Of a DNA stretch of 32,000 nt, positions 24,482 through 30,795 are shown in pieces. The stretch covers positions 3,360,001 to 3,392,000 of the forward strand of contig NZ_CP042911.1 of assembly GCF_008065095.1 (NCBI RefSeq), given 5' to 3'. This DNA is from Gemmata obscuriglobus (GTDB lineage Bacteria > Planctomycetota > Planctomycetia > Gemmatales > Gemmataceae). Position numbers and translations under genes: made by a program. Within the stretch, counting starts at the first letter, position 1. Each line of letters opens with the position of its first letter. The notes beneath the pieces were generated by a model that was not told where the DNA came from, searched no databases, and saw nothing but the letters and a program-made list of their open reading frames with translations.

Positions 24482-25912
24482 ATGGCCGAGCGCGTGTTCT
24501 GCGTGGACTTCGGAACGTTCTACACCAAGGTCGCGCTCCGCTCGGCGCCCCAGGAAGCGGGGGCTCTGGTCCCGTGCTCGGACGAAGGGTTGGAGTTCTG
24601 GGCGCCCACTGTGGTCTCGGCGGACTGGACGCGGGGCGAGGCGCGTCTGGAGTTCGGGCACCGTGCGGCCGATGTCAAACCGGGCGGCAAGGTCGTCGTT
24701 TACTCGAACTTCAAACGGGAGCTGTTCGCTCCGCCGCCGGCGCAAGGCCCGGACCTCCACCCGATCGACGCGCTGTTGCGGTCCGAAGAGTTCGAGGCGC
24801 TGGCCGCCAAACACGGCGTGCTGCCGGCGTGGGTCGCGGGCCTCCGGTCGCTGACCACCTCGGCCCGGACCCTCTTCGGCACCCCGGACGCGAGCCCCGG
24901 CGGCGCGGCGGCCCGGCGGCAGGAAGAGGCGAAGCGGCTCACCTACCACTACTTCAAGTGGCTCCGGGAGTGCGTGCTGAAGGCGTGCGAGCGGCTCCCG
25001 CACACCGCGCTGAACTACAAGGACATCCCGCTCCGGATCACCGTCCCGCTGTTCGGGCCGATCGAAACGCTCGCCCAGCACCCGGGGTGCGTGCGGCTGC
25101 GCGACGCGCTGGCGTCGGCCGGCTGGCCGCTCGCCGACCCGCTGTTCGTGTCGGAGCCCGAAGCCAACGCGGTCGGGATCTTGACGAAGGCGGTCAACGC
25201 GCTCACCGTCCGCACGAAGAAGATCAACTTCCGCGAGATGTTCAACCGCGGCCCGCTCATCACGGTGCTGGCCGGCGACGCGCACCACCCGACCTACCGC
25301 GCCCTGGTGATCGACGTGGGCACGTTCACGAGCGACTTCGCCGCCCTCGGGATCGACACCGGCGGGAAAGAGGTTGACACGTCCAACGGTGCCGGTTTCG
25401 GGGTGACCCAGCAGTCGATCGCGTTCGGCATTTCGGACCTCGATGCGACCGTGCGGGACGCGCTGCCCGAGGAGAAGCGGGCCGCGCTGAACGGGATGGC
25501 GCGAAAGGACTTCGCGGCGTTCCAGGTGAGCGCGTACAGCGCCGAGACCGGTTACCGGATCGGCCCCGGGAAGGTGATCGGCGGCTCCGCCGACCGGCCG
25601 ATCGTCGAGAGCTGCCTCGCCGCCTTCTGCACGCGCCTCACGGACGAGACCACGGCCTTCCTCCAGCAACTCGGCCCGGCGTCGATGCAGGAGCTGATCC
25701 TCACCGGGGGCGGCAGCAACATCCCCGCGGTCCGCGAGGCGCTCATCAAGGCCGCCGCCGCGACCCCGGGCGCCGCGTTCGTGAAGACCCACGCCCCGGG
25801 CCTCAAGAAGGTGAAGTCCGGCCCGCCGGTCGACTCGCTCGACGACAAGTTCGCCCGCGGCGCGACCGCGCTCGGCGGTGCCAGCCTCTACTTCGAGCGC
25901 GAGTACTTCTGA
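24482..25912 (+). CDS. Hsp70/actin-fold (ASKHA) ATPase, nucleotide-binding domain only (476 aa)
   Basis: ATG at 24482 has GTGAGG upstream. The upstream part of track ORF 24347.. covers the repeat element. The motifs are phosphate-1 VFCVDFGTFYTKVAL, connect-1 VSEPEANAVG, phosphate-2 ALVIDVGTFTSDFAAL, adenosine ELILTGGGSNIPAVREAL and connect-2 ARGATALGGA. No Hsp70 substrate-binding domain is present. Confidence 0.8.
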   Translation: MAERVFCVDFGTFYTKVALRSAPQEAGALVPCSDEGLEFWAPTVVSADWTRGEARLEFGHRAADVKPGGKVVVYSNFKRELFAPPPAQGPDLHPIDALLRSEEFEALAAKHGVLPAWVAGLRSLTTSARTLFGTPDASPGGAAARRQEEAKRLTYHYFKWLRECVLKACERLPHTALNYKDIPLRITVPLFGPIETLAQHPGCVRLRDALASAGWPLADPLFVSEPEANAVGILTKAVNALTVRTKKINFREMFNRGPLITVLAGDAHHPTYRALVIDVGTFTSDFAALGIDTGGKEVDTSNGAGFGVTQQSIAFGISDLDATVRDALPEEKRAALNGMARKDFAAFQVSAYSAETGYRIGPGKVIGGSADRPIVESCLAAFCTRLTDETTAFLQQLGPASMQELILTGGGSNIPAVREALIKAAAATPGAAFVKTHAPGLKKVKSGPPVDSLDDKFARGATALGGASLYFEREYF

Positions 25913-26022
25913 CCCGCCCCGCGGCAGGGTGGGTTTGCGTGGTAGCGGGTTCGTGTGTACCATTCGCACAGTCACGGCCACGCGATGGTTCGCAACGCCG
26001 GCGCCACCACCGAACACCCGCT

Positions 26023-27576
26023 ATGTCTTCACAACCCGTCACGTTCCCGTGTTCCTTCTGCACGCGCCGGATGGGCGTACCGGCCGAACTCCTCGGGCGA
26101 CAGGTCCGGTGCCCGCACTGCAAGCAGGTCGTCGTCGCGCCCGCCACCGCCGGCGCCGCCCCGGAGATCGTGCCCCCGCCTCCGCCCCCGCCCGCTCCCG
26201 TTCCCCCACCGGAGCCAGAACTGCGGTCGTTCGACCTGCCGGTGCAGAAGGAAGAGGCCGACAGCATCCTGAGCGACCCCCACGAGTCCGAAGACGAGGT
26301 GTTCGGGTCCAGTACCGCCTCGCGCCTTCGGACCCTGACGCGCGAGCCGGCCCCGGAACCGGTGGCCCCGGCGCCCGCCCGCCCGATCAACGCCGGGCCG
26401 GCACCGGTCGCGGGTGGGTCGGCTCCCGCCCACCCCTTTAGCAGCTCGCTCCCGCTCCCAAACCTGCCGGCGCCCGTGAAGGCACCGCTCCCGCAACCGG
26501 TCGCGAAACCGACGGCACTCGCCCCCGCCGACGATCCCAAACCTGCACCGCCGCCAGCGCCAGCGGCCCCACCGTCGCCGCCGAAATCGACGCCCGCGCC
26601 GCCCCCCGCGCCCGCACTGGACAACCCGTTCGCGCTGCTCAGCGCCATCCAGTCTGCCGCGAAGACGCCCGCGCTCGCACCCGCCGTCGAGGAGCGGCTC
26701 GAAACCGGCGAAGACGAGCCAGCTCAAACGAAGAAGCGCAAGGAACGAGACGAGGAGCCTGAAGAGCGGCCGATGCGGGCGACCTCTGGTCGCGCCGGCG
26801 GTGGTGCCGGAGGCGCGAAGACCGTGCTGCTGGTGGTTCTGGCGGGCTACGCGTTCATCGCCACCGTGGCCGCCGTGTACGGACTGTTTTTCCGCTCCGG
26901 GACGCCCGCCGGGCACCCGCTTTCCACCATCCCGGACACCTTCGGCGAGTTCGACCCCGTGAGCCGGAAGAAGGTCACCCAGGCGACGTTCCCGGTAGAC
27001 GGCCCGCTGCCGCCCGAGTTGCGCGCCGGGCTCGGCAACACGATCTCCATCGGTCAGCTCGAAGTCCAGCCGACGAAGGTCGAGAAGCGCAAGCTCGCGA
27101 TCCGGGTCGCGGGGACCGACGACCGTGAGGCCGAGCGCACGATGTACCCCGGCCCGGCGCTGGTCATGACGCTCGACATCAAGAACACGTCGCCGGATCT
27201 GCCGATCCTGCCGATGGACCCGGCGTTCACCCGGCGCGAGGCCGCGAGCGATCAGCCGATTACCCGACTCGTCACGAGCAAGCGGGCGTTCTACGGCGGC
27301 GAAATCGAGTGGCCGTGGCCGAAGGGGGTGAAAAGGAAGATCGAGGTGCAACAGGGCAACGACGCGATCCCGCTGCGACCGGGCGAAAGCCGCGAGTACG
27401 TGGTGTTCACGGCCGCCGGCGCGGACCTGATCCGCACCGCCGAGGCCGAGAAAGGCCCGTTGCAGTGGCGGGTGCAGTTGCGCCGCGGGCTGATCGAGTA
27501 CAAGGGGAAGGAGGTCCCGGTTACGGCGGTGATCGGGGTGGACTTCCAGGCGGCCGACATCCGCACGCCCGACTGA
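26023..27576 (+). CDS. zinc-ribbon / proline-rich linker / single TM / beta-rich extracytoplasmic domain protein (517 aa)
   Basis: ATG at 26023. The N-terminus CSFCTRRMGVPAELLGRQVRCPHCKQVV is a CxxC-x17-CxxC ribbon of the MJ0042 type. About 230 aa of Pro/Ala-rich sequence follow. The TM helix is VLLVVLAGYAFIATVAAVYGLFF. The C-terminal ~200 aa have a beta-sandwich-like pattern (DIKNTSPDLPILP...LRPGESREYVVFT), reminiscent of DUF4352-type domains. Confidence 0.75.
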   Translation: MSSQPVTFPCSFCTRRMGVPAELLGRQVRCPHCKQVVVAPATAGAAPEIVPPPPPPPAPVPPPEPELRSFDLPVQKEEADSILSDPHESEDEVFGSSTASRLRTLTREPAPEPVAPAPARPINAGPAPVAGGSAPAHPFSSSLPLPNLPAPVKAPLPQPVAKPTALAPADDPKPAPPPAPAAPPSPPKSTPAPPPAPALDNPFALLSAIQSAAKTPALAPAVEERLETGEDEPAQTKKRKERDEEPEERPMRATSGRAGGGAGGAKTVLLVVLAGYAFIATVAAVYGLFFRSGTPAGHPLSTIPDTFGEFDPVSRKKVTQATFPVDGPLPPELRAGLGNTISIGQLEVQPTKVEKRKLAIRVAGTDDREAERTMYPGPALVMTLDIKNTSPDLPILPMDPAFTRREAASDQPITRLVTSKRAFYGGEIEWPWPKGVKRKIEVQQGNDAIPLRPGESREYVVFTAAGADLIRTAEAEKGPLQWRVQLRRGLIEYKGKEVPVTAVIGVDFQAADIRTPD

Positions 27577-27685
27577 AATCCTGAAATCCGGCGCGGGGGT
27601 TGAACCTCCCGGCCCCGTGCGGCATCATGAACAACGCACAGGCGTGCAGGCTGAGGATCAGGTTCCGGCTCAACCGCGGCCAAGA

Positions 27686-27830
27686 AGAGTGTGGGTTCGA
27701 GTCCCACCCCCGCCACTCCCTTTGGGAAGTCAAAAGGGGCCAGTAGAAAGGCGAACGGCGACCGAAGATGTTGTTGCCCCACTTTCCCCTTGTGCCTTGT
27801 TTCTGGCGGGGTAGCCCAACGGTAGAGGCG
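27686..27830 (+). ncRNA. tRNA-like half-set X: T-arm + acceptor 3' strand, 90-nt insert, then acceptor 5' strand + D-arm
   Basis: The T arm is GTGGG-TTCGAGT-CCCAC (27691-27707). CCCCGCC (27708-27714) plus A follows, with no encoded CCA. Downstream, GGCGGGG (27805-27811) is a 7/7 complement, followed by TA and the D-arm GCCC-AACGGTAG-AGGC (27814-27829). No anticodon-type stem was found. The identity is uncertain (pseudo-tRNA or structured RNA). Confidence 0.4.
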
Positions 27831-27909
27831 ATACGGCTGCCCCCAGGTTCAGGTTGTCACGCCAAGCTCAAACCCGTGCCGAGGTGCCCAATCGAACGAC
27901 CGGCTCCAA

Positions 27910-27988
27910 CCAACCTATAGTGGTTCGAATCCATTCCCCCGCGCTTCGCCCGACCCACGCGGGGGTTGCCTAACGGTAAGGCAGTTGG
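27910..27988 (+). ncRNA. tRNA-like cloverleaf core encoded in circularly permuted order (acceptor stem closed by a 14-nt loop; YrlA/Y-RNA-like tRNA mimic candidate)
   Basis: The order on the + strand is as follows. CCAAC (27910-14), CTAT, then T arm AGTGG-TTCGAAT-CCATT (27919-35). CCCCCGC (27936-42), G, then the loop CTTCGCCCGACCCA. C, GCGGGGG (27959-65), TT, then D arm GCCT-AACGGTA-AGGC (27968-82). A, then GTTGG (27984-88). All four stems pair (7, 4, 5 and 5 bp, with one G-U). U8, A14, G18G19, A21, G53, T54T55C56, A58 and C61 are all in place. Confidence 0.55.
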
Positions 27989-28070
27989 TCAACAAACTCA
28001 AAGCCGGCGACCGGATACTGTGAGCACTCCCTGAGACGGCACACCTACACGCGCGAGCGAGAGGGACCCA

Positions 28071-28113
28071 GCCCCGGCGAGCCGGCGAAAGCTCGACCGG
28101 GGCGCTTTTATTT
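28071..28113 (+). terminator. strong rho-independent terminator ending the tRNA-like RNA locus, 8 nt before the cca-family ATG
   Basis: GCCCCGG-CGAGC (28071-28082), the loop cggcgaaa, then GCTCG-A-CCGGGGC (28091-28103). That is 12 bp with one bulge, followed by gc TTTTATTT (28106-28113). Confidence 0.7.
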
Positions 28114-28121
28114 CCGCACCC

Positions 28122-29381
28122 ATGACCGACCGCGAGTTTGCTCTTAGTGTGGTCCGCACCCTTCAGTCCGCCGGGTTCACCGCTCTCTGGGCCGGCGGGT
28201 GCGTGCGCGACGAGTTCCTCGGGCTCGTGCCCGAAGACTACGACGTGGCCACGTCGGCGCGACCGGAGCAGTTGCGCCCGCTGTTCCGCCGGCGGAACGA
28301 GATCGGCGCGCACTTCGGTGTGGTGCAGGTCATCGGCCCGAAGAAGGCCGACGGCACCTGGCACACCATCGAGGTGGCGAGCTTCCGGTCCGACGGCGCG
28401 TACACCGACGGGCGCCGCCCGGACACCGTCACCTTCTCCACGCCCGAAGAGGACGCGCAGCGGCGCGACTTCACCGTCAACGGAATGTTCTTCGACCCTG
28501 TTCGGAACGAGCTGCTCGACTTCGTGGGCGGCCGGGCGGACCTGGACGCGAAGGTGCTGCGCGCGATCGGCGACCCCTTCGCACGGTTCACCGAGGACAA
28601 GCTCCGCATCCTGCGCGCGGCCCGCATGGCGACGCGGTTCGGGCTCGCCATCGACCCCACCACCCGTGACGCCGCGCAACAAATGGCGCCGCAGGTGAGC
28701 GTGGTTTCGGCCGAGCGGGTTGCCGAGGAGTTGCGGAAGCTGTTCGCCCACCCGAACCGCACACGCGGGCTCGCGCTGCTTCGCGAGCTGGGGCTCATCG
28801 AACCGATTTTGCCGGAACTGACACCCTCAGCGGATCGTGCCAGCGCGGCACTCGCGGCGCTGAGCGAAGTGGGCGGGCGGCTCCCCTTTCCTCTCGCGTT
28901 CGCGGTCACACTCCACGCGGTCGGCAGAGCGGTCACGGAACGCGTCGCCGAGCGGCTGAAGCTCTCGAACGTTGAGAGCGACCGTCTCTGCTGGCTGGTG
29001 GCGAACCAGAGCGTGCTGACCGATGCCGAGGTCATGCGCCCGAGTAAGCTCAAACCGCTGCTGGTTCACCCGGGCATCGACGACTTGCTCGCGCTCCACC
29101 GGGCGCTGGCGACCGCGACCGGCGGGAGCCTGGCCCCGGTCGAGTTCTGTACACGCGTCCTGCGGGACACGCCGCCCGAGGAACTGAACCCGCCGCCCGT
29201 GCTGACCGGGGCGGACCTGATCGCCCGGGGGCTGAAGCCCGGTCCGGCGTTCAAGCGCCTGCTCGATGCCGTTCGGGAAGCCCAGCTCGAAGGGCGGGCG
29301 GCGACGAAGGAGCAGGGGCACGCCCTGGTAACCCGGCTGCTCGCGGAACCGGGAGACGCGCCTGAACCACCGCCGGGGTAG
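28122..29381 (+). CDS. cca: CCA-adding enzyme / poly(A) polymerase family (class II) tRNA nucleotidyltransferase
   Basis: 419 aa. The N-terminal head motif is LWAGGCVRDEFLGLVPEDYDVATSARPEQ. The blocks FRSDGAYTDGRRP, RDFTVNGMFFD, F.EDKLRILRAARMATR are canonical for the PolyA_pol/Cca family. CCA-adding versus A-adding or PAP specificity cannot be decided by eye. Confidence 0.85.
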   Translation: MTDREFALSVVRTLQSAGFTALWAGGCVRDEFLGLVPEDYDVATSARPEQLRPLFRRRNEIGAHFGVVQVIGPKKADGTWHTIEVASFRSDGAYTDGRRPDTVTFSTPEEDAQRRDFTVNGMFFDPVRNELLDFVGGRADLDAKVLRAIGDPFARFTEDKLRILRAARMATRFGLAIDPTTRDAAQQMAPQVSVVSAERVAEELRKLFAHPNRTRGLALLRELGLIEPILPELTPSADRASAALAALSEVGGRLPFPLAFAVTLHAVGRAVTERVAERLKLSNVESDRLCWLVANQSVLTDAEVMRPSKLKPLLVHPGIDDLLALHRALATATGGSLAPVEFCTRVLRDTPPEELNPPPVLTGADLIARGLKPGPAFKRLLDAVREAQLEGRAATKEQGHALVTRLLAEPGDAPEPPPG

Positions 29382-30096
29382 TTCGGCGGTCGCCGCGCAC
29401 CACTTCATGCCACCAGAAGTTGAGCAGCGTTCGCGCGGTCCGCGGCACCTCACGAAGGGACACCTTGCTCTCACCGCCGGCCCGCGGCCGGTGCGTGACC
29501 GGCAATTCCGTCACCTCCAGCCCCAACTGCCGCGCCCGGGTGAGCATCTCCGTGTTCACGAAGAACCCACGCGACTCCGGCATCAGCCCGGCCAGGGTGT
29601 CGCGCCGGAAGACCTTGAGCGCGCAATCCACGTCGCGGACGCGCGTGCCGAGCAGTGCGCGGGCCAGCACGTTATAGCCCCACGACAGGAACCGCCGGCG
29701 CCACGGGTCCTGCCGGTCCGCGCGGAAACCCACCACCACCGGTACGCTCCCCGCGTGTTCCGCCAACTGGGCCAGGTCGGTGAGATCGAACTGACAGTCA
29801 GCGTCGGTGAACGCGACCAGGTCGAACCGCGCCGCCTCGAACCCCGTGCGCAGGGCGGCCCCGTACCCGCGGTTCGTCGGGTGCCGCAACAGCCGTGTGT
29901 GGGGGGCGGCTTCCAGCGCCCGGCTCGCCTCAGTGGCGGTCGCGTCGGAACTGCCGTCGTCCACCACCAGGATCTCGAACCGCTCGAACGAGCGCCCGAG
30001 TGCGGCTTCGGCCTCGGCGATCGCGCGGCTGATGACAGCGGCTTCGTTGAACGCCGGGATCACCAGACTCAACCCGGTGCGCGTGAACGTGCCCAT
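29251..30096 (-). CDS. family 2 glycosyltransferase (dolichyl-phosphate mannose synthase-like)
   Basis: 281 aa. The blocks LSLVIPAFNE, FEILVVDDGSSDAT, NRGYGAALRTGF and AFTDADCQFD are the GT2 DxD-type signature. The C-terminal ~45 aa (Pro/Ala/Arg-rich) overlap the convergent cca 3' end. Confidence 0.85.
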   Translation of the reverse strand: MGTFTRTGLSLVIPAFNEAAVISRAIAEAEAALGRSFERFEILVVDDGSSDATATEASRALEAAPHTRLLRHPTNRGYGAALRTGFEAARFDLVAFTDADCQFDLTDLAQLAEHAGSVPVVVGFRADRQDPWRRRFLSWGYNVLARALLGTRVRDVDCALKVFRRDTLAGLMPESRGFFVNTEMLTRARQLGLEVTELPVTHRPRAGGESKVSLREVPRTARTLLNFWWHEVVRGDRRTTPAVVQARLPVPRAAGLPGRAPAPSSPPALRAGLPERHRAGA

Positions 30097-30171
30097 CGCG
30101 GCCCCCTGGAAAACAGCACGGCGGACGGGGAATAGCGAGACGGCGAAGCGGCGTAAAGGGCACCCGCCATC

Positions 30172-30227
30172 GAAATAGCACTTGCCAAATACGGTAACCA
30201 GGGTAGAAATAGATCAGGTGAAGTGCT
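30172..30227 (+). promoter_or_regulatory. candidate promoter/operator region of the Rrf2-iscS operon
   Basis: A possible promoter reads TTGCCA (30182-30187), a 16-nt spacer, then TAGAAA (30204-30209). It is bracketed by the inverted repeat AGCACTT (30177-83) / AAGTGCT (30221-27) and by the direct repeat GAAATAG (30172-78, 30206-12). This is pattern only. Confidence 0.3.
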
Positions 30228-30259
30228 GATTCACGACCTGACCACTTCGAGGGCGAGCC

Positions 30260-30769
30260 GTGACGCTGCTGAGCCGCAAGGCGGACTATGCCCTCCTGAT
30301 TCTCTCGTACCTGTACCAGAACAAGAGCGGTGGGACCGCTCGCGCGATCGCCGAGCAGTTCGGGCTGAGCCGGTCGTTCGTGGCGAACATCCTGAAAGAG
30401 CTGTGCCAGAGCGGGTTCGTCGCCAGCCACCGCGGCGTGAAGGGCGGGTACGCCCTCTCCCGCGACGCCGCCGGCGTGAGCCTTGCGGAGCTGCTCGAAA
30501 CCGTGGAAGACGGGTTCCGGCTCACGGTATGCAACACCGTCCACGCGGACGGGGCCGAACCGTGCTCGCACTCGTCAACGTGTACCGTAAAAGGGCCGAT
30601 GGCCGGGGTGTACCAGCGGCTCATGGGCGTGCTCCGCGACGTGACGCTCGCGGAACTCTTCGACCCACAGAGCCCCCCGCCCGCCCTCCACGCGCTCCCG
30701 CTATTGGCGGGCAGTTGCTCGCCGACGTCCCCGGTCGAACCGTTCCCGGCGCAGGCGGTCGGCACCTGA
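30260..30769 (+). CDS. iscR: Rrf2 family transcriptional regulator (IscR-like, three-Cys cluster)
   Basis: GTG start. The N-terminal w[19 protein letters not shown]....[42 protein letters not shown] is typical Rrf2. Cys ligand candidates are [18 protein letters not shown]. It lies directly upstream of iscS. Confidence 0.75.
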   Translation: MTLLSRKADYALLILSYLYQNKSGGTARAIAEQFGLSRSFVANILKELCQSGFVASHRGVKGGYALSRDAAGVSLAELLETVEDGFRLTVCNTVHADGAEPCSHSSTCTVKGPMAGVYQRLMGVLRDVTLAELFDPQSPPPALHALPLLAGSCSPTSPVEPFPAQAVGT

Positions 30770-30795
30770 CAGAACACCCCCAACGCGGAACCGCT

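Noticed and set aside
26160-26760. Proline/alanine-rich repetitive DNA in the 26023..27576 gene, and the 25803..26648 minus-strand Gly/Ala-rich ORF, as possible tandem repeats or a separate gene.
   Set aside because: No regular DNA period was seen. This is a low-complexity linker within the + strand gene, and the minus-strand ORF is its antisense shadow.
27592-27943. tmRNA (ssrA), one-piece or two-piece/permuted. The G-rich 5' strand at 27592 and the T arm plus acceptor 3' strand at 27919-27943 are ~350 nt apart. The 3'-strand/loop/5'-strand arrangement at 27936-27965 resembles permuted ssrA genes.
   Set aside because: Both possible acceptor stems have G3:C70 or C3:G70 instead of the universal G3:U70 alanine identity pair. 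A full D stem is present, which is atypical for the tmRNA tRNA-like domain. No plausible tag reading frame ending in a hydrophobic ..LAA-type tail was found (candidates read ...AGDRIL* and ...PAPTNL*). A second internal T arm does not fit. A covariance-model search is still worth running.
27805-27943. Canonical-order tRNA-Trp(CCA)-like gene. The 5' half GGCGGGGTAGCCCAACGGTAGAGGC resembles tRNA-Trp. A CTCCAAC loop (27904-27910) is followed by CAACC, a T arm and discriminator G. GGTTG (27852-56) could pair with CAACC.
   Set aside because: It would require two insertions (21 nt after the D arm and 47 nt between the anticodon-stem 5' strand and the loop), a 3-nt variable loop and a mismatched acceptor pair (6/7). 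No bacterial intron type fits this. It is therefore not called as a tRNA gene. The permuted fold with the downstream 5' half satisfies all stems without insertions.
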